64,000 bases of DNA from Actinomycetota bacterium. Its GTDB lineage: Bacteria; Actinomycetota; CADDZG01; JAHWKV01. Location: assembly GCA_030447305.1 (NCBI GenBank), contig JAUJPC010000003.1:268738-332737 (forward strand). The letters are read 5' to 3'. The notes under the pieces are model-generated. The model was not told the origin of the DNA, searched no databases, and worked only from the letters and a program-made list of their open reading frames with translations. Shown here in pieces: positions 1 through 16,227 of this stretch. The first letter of the stretch is position 1, and each line of letters begins with the position of its first letter. The translations under genes and the position numbers were made by a program.

Positions 1-53
1 TCGGCCGGGAGACGCCGGTTGAGCTGTCCTTCGAGCAGGTCGCCAAACTCTAG
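1..53 (+). CDS. nusG: NusG C-terminal end (partial, 3' end only); reads ...GRETPVELSFEQVAKL*
   Basis: In-frame translation of nt 3-53 gives the KOW-domain C-terminus typical of NusG, immediately upstream of rplK as in the conserved nusG-rplK-rplA order. Confidence 0.5.
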   Translation, partial: GRETPVELSFEQVAKL

Positions 54-72
54 CTAGCAAGGAACCGAAACA

Positions 73-501
73 ATGGCTAAGAAGAAGAAGGTCCTGGCTG
101 TCGCGAAGATGCAGATTCCCGCCGGGCAGGCAACTCCGGCGCCCCCTGTGGGCACGGCGCTGGGCCCCCACGGCGTGGCAATCATGGATTTCGTGCGCCA
201 GTACAACGAGAAGACCGCCGCTCAGCAGGGGACCGTGGTTCCGGTGGTCGTCACGATCTACGACGACCGCACGTTCGACTTCGTGCTGAAGTCGCCCCCC
301 GCAGCCAACCTGCTGCGCCAGGCGGCCGGCGTTGACAAGGGATCGGCCGAGCCAAACCGGACGAAGGTCGGGACCGTTACCGCGCAGCAGATCCGCAGCA
401 TTGCCGAGACGAAGATGGCAGACCTCAACGCCACCGATATCGAGGCGGCAGCAAAGATCATCGAGGGCACTGCCCGCTCGATGGGAATCACCGTAGCCTA
501 G
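73..501 (+). CDS. rplK: 50S ribosomal protein L11
   Basis: 142-aa ORF; the N-terminal KKKVLAV...[20 protein letters not shown] motif is diagnostic for L11; adjacent to rplA. Confidence 0.95.
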   Translation: MAKKKKVLAVAKMQIPAGQATPAPPVGTALGPHGVAIMDFVRQYNEKTAAQQGTVVPVVVTIYDDRTFDFVLKSPPAANLLRQAAGVDKGSAEPNRTKVGTVTAQQIRSIAETKMADLNATDIEAAAKIIEGTARSMGITVA

Positions 502-576
502 TCCCTGCAGCTGGCTATAGGGCAGGAGAAGCTCGAGCACGGTGCCCGGGTTCTTCGACTCGCAGGAGGAACTTTC

Positions 577-1296
577 ATGAGCAACAAGGGGAAGCGGTAC
601 GACGCCGCAGCAGCCAAGTACGACCGCTCCAAGCTTTACGAGCCGGCGGAGGCGCTGCAGCTGGTAAAGGACATGGCCGCGGCAAAGTTCGATGAGACGG
701 TGGAGCTCAGCCTGCTTTTGGGACTGGACGTCCGGAAAGCGGACCAGCAGGTTCGCGGAACGGTCAGCCTGCCCAAGGGCACCGGCAAGAAGATGCGCGT
801 TGCCGTCTTCGCTCAGGCCGAGAGGGCCCGGGAGGCGGAGGAGGCCGGTGCCGACGTGGTGGGGGACAAGGACCTCGCCGAGCGCATCGAGAAGGGCTGG
901 ACGGATTTCGACATCGCCATCGCAACCCCCGACATGATGCCCGTCGTTGGAAGGCTCGGCAAGATCCTGGGTCCCCGCGGACTCATGCCTAACCCCAAGT
1001 CGGGCACCGTGACCACGGACGTCGCAAAGACGGTCAAGGAGTTCAAGGCCGGCAAGATCGAGTACAAGACCGACCGGCAGGCCAACGTTCACGCGGTGAT
1101 AGGAAAGGCATCGTTCCCCGTGGAGGACCTGGCGGCAAACTATCTCACCGTGGTCGACGAGATCCTAAGGGCCAAGCCGTCGGCGGCAAAGGGCAAGTAC
1201 ATCAAGTCGATGGCGGTCTCTTCGACAATGAGCCCGGGCGTCAGGATTGACCCCACCCAGGCCAAGAAGCTAGAGCTCGCTACAGCAGCCGGATAG
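577..1296 (+). CDS. rplA: 50S ribosomal protein L1
   Basis: 239-aa ORF with full-length L1 similarity (…[21 protein letters not shown]…[15 protein letters not shown]…); RBS GGAGGA upstream. Confidence 0.95.
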   Translation: MSNKGKRYDAAAAKYDRSKLYEPAEALQLVKDMAAAKFDETVELSLLLGLDVRKADQQVRGTVSLPKGTGKKMRVAVFAQAERAREAEEAGADVVGDKDLAERIEKGWTDFDIAIATPDMMPVVGRLGKILGPRGLMPNPKSGTVTTDVAKTVKEFKAGKIEYKTDRQANVHAVIGKASFPVEDLAANYLTVVDEILRAKPSAAKGKYIKSMAVSSTMSPGVRIDPTQAKKLELATAAG

Positions 1297-1356
1297 GGCT
1301 GGTAGGCTCAGAGCCGTTGATGCCCCGGTGGCCCCGCGTGGCCATCCGGCATTGAT

Positions 1357-1986
1357 TTGTCCGAAACGAACGTTGGGCGAAGATGCCGCCCGGCGAGAGG
1401 TGGCGGGACGCACCCCCCCGGAATTTGGATCGCGATAGTGCCCGACTTTGACGCTCATTTAGTGATACGTCCAGTTGCTACCGGCATCGGCGAAGCACGC
1501 CGATTCACGAAGGAACACCTGCGGAGGTGGGGTCTGGACAACCTTACCGATCCCGCCATCCTCATGGTCAGCGAGCTGGTCACCAACGCAATCCTTCACG
1601 GCGGCGAGGGTGCCCTGCTGACGCTGGTCGTGGCCGACCTCAAGCTGCGGGCTGAGGTGCGAGACTCCAGCCCGGCATCGCCCGTCGTGCGCAGCTACTC
1701 GGACACTGCTACCACCGGCCGGGGCATGGTTATAGTCGACGCTCTGGCTGCGGCTTGGGGGTCGTTTGCCGTGGACGGAGGCAAGGTTGTCTGGTTTGAG
1801 CTGGCGACCGGCGATCGGGCGCCCCACGCACCGGTTGCAGACGAACAGCCATCAAGCACTGGGGAGGCTCGCCGGATGGTTTCCGAGTTCACGCAGTCGC
1901 CGATCCTCGGTGGCCAGCGCGGTTTCTGTGGCCCACCAACGGACCGCTTATGCCGGTGGGTCCGATTGGAACACGGCGTTGACTGA
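1357..1986 (+). CDS. anti-sigma factor-type serine protein kinase (RsbW/SpoIIAB-like GHKL ATPase); true start probably GTG ~1438
   Basis: HATPase_c_2 motifs are present: N-box ELVTNAILHG, G-box TGRGMVIVDALA, and an upstream EARRFT...WGL region. The C-terminal ~50 codons after the domain look non-coding-like, so the gene end is uncertain. Confidence 0.7.
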   Translation: MSETNVGRRCRPARGGGTHPPGIWIAIVPDFDAHLVIRPVATGIGEARRFTKEHLRRWGLDNLTDPAILMVSELVTNAILHGGEGALLTLVVADLKLRAEVRDSSPASPVVRSYSDTATTGRGMVIVDALAAAWGSFAVDGGKVVWFELATGDRAPHAPVADEQPSSTGEARRMVSEFTQSPILGGQRGFCGPPTDRLCRWVRLEHGVD

Positions 1987-2005
1987 GGAGGACTCTCCTC
2001 CACAG

Positions 2006-2473
2006 CTGATTGAAGTCCGCCTGCTGGGAATCCCCCTGGCCCTTCAGCAGCGAGCCGCTGAGCACAACGATGGCCTCCGAAGGGAGTGCCAGCTGCTCGT
2101 CGAACAAGGCCATGTCGATCCCTCCAGCATCCCGGCCCGACTCGTGGCCCTGGCCGCAGACCTGGACCGGCGTTTCGAGTCCTTCACCGCCTCCAGCCGC
2201 AGTGAGCTGGAGAAGGCCGTCGAGCGTGGGGAAGTCGCCGCCGATCTTTCGATAAGAGTTCCGTCCGCCGTTAAGCCCGCGGCCGCACAGTTCAAAGAGC
2301 TGCTTGCTGAAGCCGACGCATACTGCGAAACCGGCGAGCACCTTTTGACTCTGGCCCCTACGGCCGACATCGTTGCCTTCCGTAACTGGGTCCTGGACGA
2401 GTTCATACAGCAAGCCGATGGCCGGGATCCCATACCATGGGCCGAGGTGGGTGGGGCTTCACCCTCTAATTAG
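2006..2473 (+). CDS. hypothetical protein (~155 aa) immediately downstream of the RsbW-like kinase; start codon unclear (CTG 2006 or alternative)
   Basis: Coding-like composition from ~1990 to the stop at 2473, with a GGAGGA RBS at 1987-1992 right after the upstream stop. No family recognised from sequence. Confidence 0.35.
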   Translation: MIEVRLLGIPLALQQRAAEHNDGLRRECQLLVEQGHVDPSSIPARLVALAADLDRRFESFTASSRSELEKAVERGEVAADLSIRVPSAVKPAAAQFKELLAEADAYCETGEHLLTLAPTADIVAFRNWVLDEFIQQADGRDPIPWAEVGGASPSN

Positions 2474-3245
2474 GCCCGGCAAATCTCGCTACGAGGGCGG
2501 CAATGTCGTCCGGGTGGTCCGGCTGGACCCCCAGTGCAACCTTCTCCACCAGAGCGGCGATCTCCGCGGCCGACCCTGCTGAAGTCGACGACAGCGCGGT
2601 GTGGAGCACCGACTCCCAGGTGCCGCCTTCTCCAACACATCCGTCGTCACCAGCAGAAATGAGTCGCCGGCTTCCAACAGGATGTCCCGCTCTGTCAGGT
2701 CCAACCGGTAAAAGACGCCGAGCGGGAAACCGGTCTCGCCACAGGTTTCCACCACACCCGATGCCCGGATTACCATCGGCTTCGGATGTCCGGCCACGGC
2801 TACGGTTACCCGAACCCCATTCGGCTAGGGCCCGAAGGCGCCGCAAGCCAGGCTGCAGAACCGTCCATCGGGAAGCTGGTCGACAGAGTCTCGTTGACTG
2901 CTCGAAGCAGCTCAGCAGGACTTGCGTAGTAGCTTGACAGCGTCCGCAGCGTGTAGCGAGCCGGCCCGGCAGCATCTCCGGCGGTAACGGCTTGCCGGTC
3001 TCGTCCAGGAGCTCGAAGCGCTCCGTCAACGCGCTGAGGGGCGCCGCGAGGAGCTCGTCTGGCGAGTCATAACCCAGGAGACGGGCTGCCGCCGCATTGG
3101 CCCAGATGATCGCTCCGTCCGGCCGCTGCACCGCGATTGCGTCGCTGACAGCATTCAGGGTTGAAGCCAGGTCCTCCCGCGAAAAGTCAGACTCCGGCGC
3201 TGCAGGGCCATCGGCCGGGTGTTCCCCTCCTGATGCTGGCGGCAC
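2466..3245 (-). pseudogene. PAS-domain / PP2C (SpoIIE, RsbU-like) serine phosphatase; reading frame broken at least twice (near 2615-2625 and within 2800-2960)
   Basis: The N-terminal PAS-like segment is in the 3245 frame (LNAVSDAIAVQRPDGAIIWANAAAARLLGY...). The PP2C core is in the 2797 frame (GHPKPMVIRASGVVE...TGFPLGV...EAGDSFLLVTTDV). The PP2C C-terminus returns to the first frame (…HPDDIAALVARF). Confidence 0.55.
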
Positions 3246-3559
3246 TACGCTATGGAGACGACCCGAGAGAGGCCGCTTACCTCCAATACTCGCCGGGTCT
3301 GGTCGGAGACAGAGCGCAAGGTCAGGTCGCCCCCACCGTTTCTCAGCCGCTTCAGGCCCGCCACCAGCACGGAAAGGCCGCTCGAGTCGATGAACTCCAG
3401 GTCGGCCAGGTCAAGGGTGACGTTGTTTACTCCCTGAGAATGGAACTCGATCAGCTTCTCGCGCAGCTGGCGCGACGTGTGAAAGTCGAGATCACCGACC
3501 AGCTCGATGATGGTCTTAGGTCCCTCAGTCTTCATGCGCATGTCGAAGTGCGTGGCCAT
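3245..3559 (-). CDS. anti-sigma factor antagonist (STAS domain, SpoIIAA/RsbV-like)
   Basis: 104 aa with the phosphorylatable-Ser motif FIDSSGLSVL and a typical STAS N-terminus (KTIIELVGDLDFHTS). Confidence 0.85.
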   Translation of the reverse strand: MATHFDMRMKTEGPKTIIELVGDLDFHTSRQLREKLIEFHSQGVNNVTLDLADLEFIDSSGLSVLVAGLKRLRNGGGDLTLRSVSDQTRRVLEVSGLSRVVSIA

Positions 3560-3824
3560 TGTCCCCGGGAGGGTAAGGTGCTCCTCAGTCTATCGTCGCG
3601 TGGTTAAGCCGTATGTACCGGGGGAGATGAGTGACACCGCGTACCGGTTACTTATCTGACACTCTAACTAGCCCCAAATCACCTCCTCTCGCCAGCCCTC
3701 GTTTGCCGGGGCGGTGAACAGGGCGGACCTTCAGCAGATCTTGTCCGTGGTAGATGTGAATTAGCGTGCTTCGGCCGCTCGAATTCAGCTAGCGCCCCGA
3801 AGACGTGAAAAAGCGAGCTTGCCC

Positions 3825-4064
3825 TCAGGAGTGGTGGCGTCGATGTTCTCGTAGGAGCGAGCAGAATCCACTCCCCTGCCCCTGCAACTCGCCAACGACA
3901 TCGATCAAGTGGCGCAGCGAGCGGCCGAGGCCATCGAGCTTCCACACCACCAGGGTATTGTCCGGCTGCAACTGGTCCAGGACCTTGGCGAGCTCGACGG
4001 TACGGGCTCGACGGTGCCAGGAAAGAGGGTTGATAACGCGCCCGACTCCAACTTCAAATATCAC
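3825..4064 (-). pseudogene. serine recombinase (resolvase) internal fragment; catalytic N-terminus and HTH C-terminus missing
   Basis: …DNTLVVWKLDGLGRSLRHLIDVVGELQGQG… matches the resolvase core (VxKLDRLGR). Only ~79 codons are open and the catalytic Ser region is absent. Confidence 0.6.
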
Positions 4065-4404
4065 AACTTGTTGGAAACACTCGGACCGCTGGACGTTGGG
4101 TGGCTAGCATGTTCTTGGTACAGGGATGAATGTCTCACTCGTCGAATGTTGGCCGATGATGGACAATTGACACCCTATGGAGCCGACCCGGTAACCAAAC
4201 GTATATACGCTCTGAAGGGCGGCCTGTATAAGGCCGTTAGGACCACGCTCAAGTAACAGAACGGTTTGACCGTTTGCCCTTTGCAATCGTTCGCTAGAGG
4301 CTCGCCCGCAGGCTGTCCGGAAAACCTACGCTCAGCTTGCCGCTACCAACGGGGCCAAAGACTGGAAGACAGGTAGGAAGAAGAAATCTCCTTGCCAAGG
4401 GTGT

Positions 4405-4638
4405 TTGACGGCTTTACCCCTTGGCAGCAGGTTATGTAGTACGATACTCCCGGTGGACGTCCTTTCGTCGGCACTTCGGCACGGCGTCGAGTTCGAGGAC
4501 ATCCAGCACTCGTTGCGCAACGCTGTGGTCGTGGAGGAGGTGGACCAGGACCCCGTTCGCTATCTGGTAATCGGCCCCGACCGAGTTGCCAATCTGCTGG
4601 AGCTGGTGGTGATGGACAGGCCTCAAGGACCGCCGTGA
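4405..4638 (+). CDS. brnT: BrnT-family (DUF497) toxin
   Basis: RHGVEFEDIQ…DPVRYLVIG…LLELVVMDR pattern resembles BrnT (KHGVsFeEA…G…llvVv); followed by an RHH antitoxin gene. Confidence 0.55.
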   Translation: MTALPLGSRLCSTILPVDVLSSALRHGVEFEDIQHSLRNAVVVEEVDQDPVRYLVIGPDRVANLLELVVMDRPQGPP

Positions 4639-4690
4639 TCCACGCAATGAAGTTACGAGCCAAATACCGCAAGCTACTGTCCGGAGGATC

Positions 4691-4975
4691 ATGAATATGC
4701 CGCAGAGCCATGGGCACAAAGAGAACGGCTCGCCGATCACCGACAAGATCATTGAAGCCATGGCCGACAAAGCCGAGCAGGGCTACGACGTGGAGGAGAT
4801 CCTGAGGCGTCGCCAAGGCGGACGGCCGCCCATAGGATCAGCGGCGGCATCGGTGGAATCAGTCCGACTAGACCCCGAGCTCAAACGTGACCTACTTCTT
4901 CGGGCCGCCGAGGAGCACATCAGCGTTTCAGAGGTCATACGACGGGCTGTGCGCCAATATCTGCAGGCTAGCTGA
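4691..4975 (+). CDS. brnA: BrnA-like antitoxin (ribbon-helix-helix/CopG type)
   Basis: C-terminal SVRLDPELKRDLLLRAAEEHISVSEVIRRAVRQYL is an RHH DNA-binding fold; toxin-then-antitoxin order is typical of BrnTA. Confidence 0.55.
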   Translation: MNMPQSHGHKENGSPITDKIIEAMADKAEQGYDVEEILRRRQGGRPPIGSAAASVESVRLDPELKRDLLLRAAEEHISVSEVIRRAVRQYLQAS

Positions 4976-5326
4976 AGGCTCGTCTCAGGCGCTGGTTCGT
5001 CGAGATGGCGTCTGACTGACCTATCGGTTCCGTGGATTCGGGACGGCGTGTTCAAATGAGTGATGAGCCGGCGGTTGATCCCTAAACGACGCGTTGATCC
5101 CTCACGGGCACGCTAAACCAGTCATGACTTGCATCTCCCTGCGCGTTCCCTGGCAGGCCGAAGGACAACCCCTAAGAAACGAATTCGGCGACGTCTGGAC
5201 CCGTCGAATTAGCAGCCGGTCGTCCCCACTGGCCGAAGAGCGACTCCGACCCCTTATGATCCGAGGACCATGACGAAGCGTCGCAGCGTCACAGAGCTCA
5301 GTAGGACGACGGAGGGCCGCCACCAT

Positions 5327-5661
5327 TGAACCGCCCTGGGTCTTGTGGAGGCTCCAGACGAGAACATGGAGCCATGACAAACACACAACCTTCTGCAAGG
5401 CGGTACCCCGCGGAAATGCGTGAGCGGGCGATAAGGAGGGTCGCTGAGGCGATCGAGGAGCAAAACGGTGACCGGCGCGGGGTGGTGGGCAGGATAGCCC
5501 GCCAGCTAGGGGTCGGGACCGAGTCACTTAGGACGTGGGTTCTGCAGCACGAGATTGATGCCGGCAGTCGCCCCGCGTTACCACCCAGGAGCAGGAGAGG
5601 ATCCGGGAGCTCGAGAAGGAGAACCGGGAGCAGCTTTCCTTGGCATTGTTCCCCGCTTTAG
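5327..5661 (+). mobile_element. IS3-family insertion sequence remnant: candidate left inverted repeat (TGAACCGCCCTGGG… at 5327) plus truncated orfA (5374..~5640); orfB absent
   Basis: MTNTQPSARRYPAEMRERAIRRVAE…IARQLGVGTESLRTWV is the IS3/IS911 OrfA HTH. The expected …QEQERIRELEKENRE… leucine zipper is readable in the +1 frame. There is no room for orfB before rplJ. Confidence 0.6.
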
Positions 5662-6125
5662 GTCTCAGACCTGTAGCTCTGGGCGGCCCGGTTGTGAGAA
5701 CGACGCCTCTTGCTTCAATCTTGGCGAACGCTAGGGTCCCTTGGCACCAAATAACGGTATTGTAGTTTGGTTCCAAGCAATCCGTTGAAAGCTTTGGTAT
5801 CCCGAGCGAAATTCTCGAAAGACTGGGGGCAGCGCCCGGCATCAAGGTCGATCACCGTTGACCGGGCACTAATCGACCGTGGCGGGTTGCTAGACGTTGA
5901 ACGCGTCGCGCTCCGGCGACAAATTCCATGTCAGCGGAACATCGGTTAATAGCAGGTGGTACGCTGGCAGTGCCGTAGACGGCAGGTGGTTGGTGATCCT
6001 TGACCGGATTGCCCCTTAAGTTTCCTCATGGAAGCCTGCTTAGGCGAACAGAGTCTGCATCCATTTCAGCGATCTGTCGTCCACGGCAGGTCGCTTTTCG
6101 CGTTCTACGAATAGTAAGGAGCGTT

Positions 6126-6716
6126 ATGCCGAAACCTCAGAAGGTAGAGGCGGTCCAGGCGCTGAAGGAGAGACTTGAGTCCAGCGACGCTGCGCTGCTG
6201 GCCGAGTTCACCGGCCTGAAGGTCGGCGAGATGATGCAGGTGCGCCGGAGGCTGGCCGAGAACGGCACCAACTTCGGTGTGGTGAAGAACACCCTTGGGC
6301 GCATCGCTGCCGCCGAGGCCAACATGGAGGATCTGATACCCCTTCTACGCGGATCGACGGCAATCGCCTTCGTTAAGGGCGATGCGGTCGTAGCCGCCAA
6401 GAACCTCGACGAGGTAGCGAAGAAGTATCCGGCACTGGTGGTCAAGGGCGGCATTCTGGGCGGCAAGATTCTCGACGCTCAGCAGGCCAAAGCTCTGGCA
6501 TCGGTGGCGTCCCGCGAAGTTCTGCTGGCTCAGCTGGCAGGGCTCTTGATCTCTCCGGTTCAGAAGATGGGCAGCCTGCTGTACGCACCACTCGGAAACC
6601 TGGGCAACGTACTGTATGCGCTGCGGCAGCAGCGAGGGGCCGATGCTCCGGCGGAGGCGGCGGACCCGTCCACCGATACAACCAACCAAGATTCGTCCGG
6701 CGAAGCCGAGACTTAA
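6126..6716 (+). CDS. rplJ: 50S ribosomal protein L10
   Basis: MPKPQKVEAVQALKERLESS… with AAGGAG RBS at 6114-6119. The ORF-track start at 6000 is an upstream extension. Confidence 0.9.
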   Translation: MPKPQKVEAVQALKERLESSDAALLAEFTGLKVGEMMQVRRRLAENGTNFGVVKNTLGRIAAAEANMEDLIPLLRGSTAIAFVKGDAVVAAKNLDEVAKKYPALVVKGGILGGKILDAQQAKALASVASREVLLAQLAGLLISPVQKMGSLLYAPLGNLGNVLYALRQQRGADAPAEAADPSTDTTNQDSSGEAET

Positions 6717-6732
6717 GAAGTAGGAGGAACAG

Positions 6733-7128
6733 ATGGCAAAGGTAACTGCAGATGATCTGCTGGAGGCAATCGGCGACATGACGGTTCTGGAGCTCTCCGA
6801 GTTCGTCAAGTCCTTCGAGGAGAAGTTCGGCGTCACGGCCGCCCCTCAGATGGTTGCCGCGGCACCCGGTGCCGATGGCGGCGGTGGAGCAGCGGCGGCT
6901 CCCGAGGCGGAGGAGCAGGACGAGTTCGACGTCGTCCTCACCGGTATAGGAGACAAGAAGATCCAGGTCATCAAGGAGGTTCGTGCTCTTACTCAGCTAG
7001 GCCTAAAGGAAGCAAAGGACCTGGTGGAGGCGGCTCCCAAGCCCATCCTCGAGAAGGTGGCCAGGGAGGTTGCCGACAAGGCAAAGGCGCAGCTTGAGGG
7101 CGCAGGGGCCACCGTCGATCTCAAGTAA
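6733..7128 (+). CDS. rplL: 50S ribosomal protein L7/L12
   Basis: 131 aa; N-terminal dimerisation helix, Ala/Gly/Glu hinge and C-terminal domain (…[20 protein letters not shown]…). Confidence 0.95.
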   Translation: MAKVTADDLLEAIGDMTVLELSEFVKSFEEKFGVTAAPQMVAAAPGADGGGGAAAAPEAEEQDEFDVVLTGIGDKKIQVIKEVRALTQLGLKEAKDLVEAAPKPILEKVAREVADKAKAQLEGAGATVDLK

Positions 7129-7157
7129 GCAGCTGTGAGCAGTAGTTTCTCGGGCGC

Positions 7158-8144
7158 ATGACGAGACTGCTGCTGTTGACCGACGCCGATGTGGGCCGTC
7201 TGGTGGGCTCCGCGGAATCGGTCGATGTGGTAGAGAAGGCGTTTGCCGACTTCGGTCTTGGCCGCGCAACTATGCCACCCAAGGTGTACCTCGATTTCCC
7301 GCTGCAGCGGGGAGACCTTCGGGTCATGCCGGCTGCAGTGGGGGTTCGGTTCGCCGGCGTGAAACTGATCAACTCGCACGAGCTGAATCCGCAGAAGGGC
7401 CTGCCCTCGGTGATCGGTACCTACGTCCTGTTCTCGCAGGAAACGGGTGCTCCCCTTTGTTTGATGGCGGCCACAAAGCTCACGGCGATACGTACCGGCG
7501 CCGCCTCCGGTGTTGCAACCAGACACCTATCCCGTGCTGGCTCTTCGACTCTTGGATTGGTGGGCGCAGGCGTGCAGGCCGGTTACCAGTTCGAGGCCGT
7601 CGCCGGAGAGCGACCAATCTCTGAAGTCCTCGTATGGGGTCCCGCCAACGACCTTGGGCGAAGAGATGCCTTTTTGGAGGTCATCAGGGCCAGGCATTCG
7701 CAGGTGCAGTTCGTGGCCACCATGTCGGTGGAGGAAGCAGCCGGTGCAGACGTGATCTGCACTACCACACCGTCCAGAGCGCCGCTGTTTGCCGCCGATG
7801 CCGTGCGGCCGGGCACCCACATCAACGCGGTCGGCGCCGATGGTCCCGGCAAGCAGGAGTTAGACCCCGACCTCCTTAAGACTGCCCGCGTAATCGTTGA
7901 CGAGAGACACCAGGCGGTTCACGGCGGGGAGATCAACGTCGCCATCTCTGGCGGGCGCCTGGGAGAGGCGGATATAGCAGGCACCCTGTCGGACGTGGTC
8001 AACGGATCGGTGCAGGGCCGGGTCGACGAGGACGAGATAACGGTCTTCGACTCCACCGGACTTGCGATACAGGACATCGCCGTAGCGATCCTCGCCTACG
8101 AGCGAGCCCTCGAGTCAAGCATCGGCTCGTTTATCGATCTCTAG
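7158..8144 (+). CDS. ornithine cyclodeaminase / mu-crystallin family NAD(P)-dependent enzyme
   Basis: 328 aa; Rossmann motif LGLVGAGVQAGYQFEA and overall OCD/mu-crystallin architecture. Starts 30 nt after the rplL stop with no intervening terminator. Confidence 0.75.
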   Translation: MTRLLLLTDADVGRLVGSAESVDVVEKAFADFGLGRATMPPKVYLDFPLQRGDLRVMPAAVGVRFAGVKLINSHELNPQKGLPSVIGTYVLFSQETGAPLCLMAATKLTAIRTGAASGVATRHLSRAGSSTLGLVGAGVQAGYQFEAVAGERPISEVLVWGPANDLGRRDAFLEVIRARHSQVQFVATMSVEEAAGADVICTTTPSRAPLFAADAVRPGTHINAVGADGPGKQELDPDLLKTARVIVDERHQAVHGGEINVAISGGRLGEADIAGTLSDVVNGSVQGRVDEDEITVFDSTGLAIQDIAVAILAYERALESSIGSFIDL

Positions 8145-8221
8145 CCTCGTTCTCATGCAGTGGTCTCGATAGGAGTCCCCGCCCGTAGTGGGATGGGCCA
8201 CTAGACCAAAGGTCGGGATTT

Positions 8222-8250
8222 CTTGACATAGCGGTGTCGTGCCCCTACGC
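8222..8250 (+). promoter_or_regulatory. candidate sigma-70-type promoter upstream of rpoB (TTGACA – 17 nt – TACGCT)
   Basis: Perfect -35 hexamer with 17-nt spacing to an A/T-containing -10, ~200 nt upstream of the rpoB TTG start. Confidence 0.35.
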
Positions 8251-8449
8251 TGTCCTCGCTCGGCAATCGAATACGGCTCCTCCCTGGCCTCGACCCAGAT
8301 GTCGTTGACACTGCGAATGCCGTCTGCTACTCTTGCTCTCTTAATGTCAATTCTCCTGGCGATAGCTCGCGCCTTGACCATTCTGCTGGGCGCCCCAGCG
8401 CGACCCGAGCCCGTCTCTAGTTCCAATCCCATAAAGGAGGAGTTGCGCA

Positions 8450-15776
<7,327 letters not shown>

Positions 15777-15791
15777 CTCTCAAGACATGGA

Positions 15792-15819
15792 AAAGGGCCC
15801 CCTCCGGGGCCCTTTTCTT
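15792..15819. terminator. rho-independent terminator (AAGGGCCCC-CTCC-GGGGCCCTT + T-tract), bidirectional between convergent rpoC and vapC
   Basis: Perfect 9-bp GC stem with 4-nt loop followed by TTTCTTG. Confidence 0.7.
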
Positions 15820-15828
15820 GTGGTCCTG

Positions 15829-16227
15829 TCAGGGAACCGTGCGAAAGCCCTCGTGTTGAAAGTGGGAGTCGAAGGCGAACGCCTGGTATATCGCAAGGGT
15901 CCTGATGAGCTCGAAGCTCGTTCGATCTACCAGAGAAAGCTCCCCGCTGCCGGCCAGATGCGCCGAGAGCGCGCGCTGATGGAGGGTTTCGTCGACAAAG
16001 AACACCGATAGCGCGGGGATGAACGCATCGAACAGTGTTCGGGTTGCTCGTCTCCCCAGTCGTCTTTGCACCAGGGCTGCCGTTTCGACCACCACGTAGT
16101 TGTGGGTTAGCAGGATGGTTTCAGGGTCCCGGCCCGCCCCCGACAGCCAGCCCGCGGCCGAACGGTGTTGGCGGTCGTCCTCGTCCAGCAGGGCGTAAAG
16201 CGCCGAGGTGTCAACGAAGGTCCTCAA
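15829..16227 (-). CDS. vapC: PIN-domain toxin VapC
   Basis: 132 aa beginning MRTFVDTSALYALLDEDD… (PIN acidic residues); overlaps upstream RHH gene by 4 nt. Confidence 0.8.
   Translation of the reverse strand: MRTFVDTSALYALLDEDDRQHRSAAGWLSGAGRDPETILLTHNYVVVETAALVQRRLGRRATRTLFDAFIPALSVFFVDETLHQRALSAHLAGSGELSLVDRTSFELIRTLAIYQAFAFDSHFQHEGFRTVP

Noticed and set aside
1300-1352. Imperfect GC hairpin (CCGGTGGCC…GGCCATCCGG) after rplA, considered as a terminator
   Set aside because: The stem contains a bulge and there is no U-tract; too weak to annotate.
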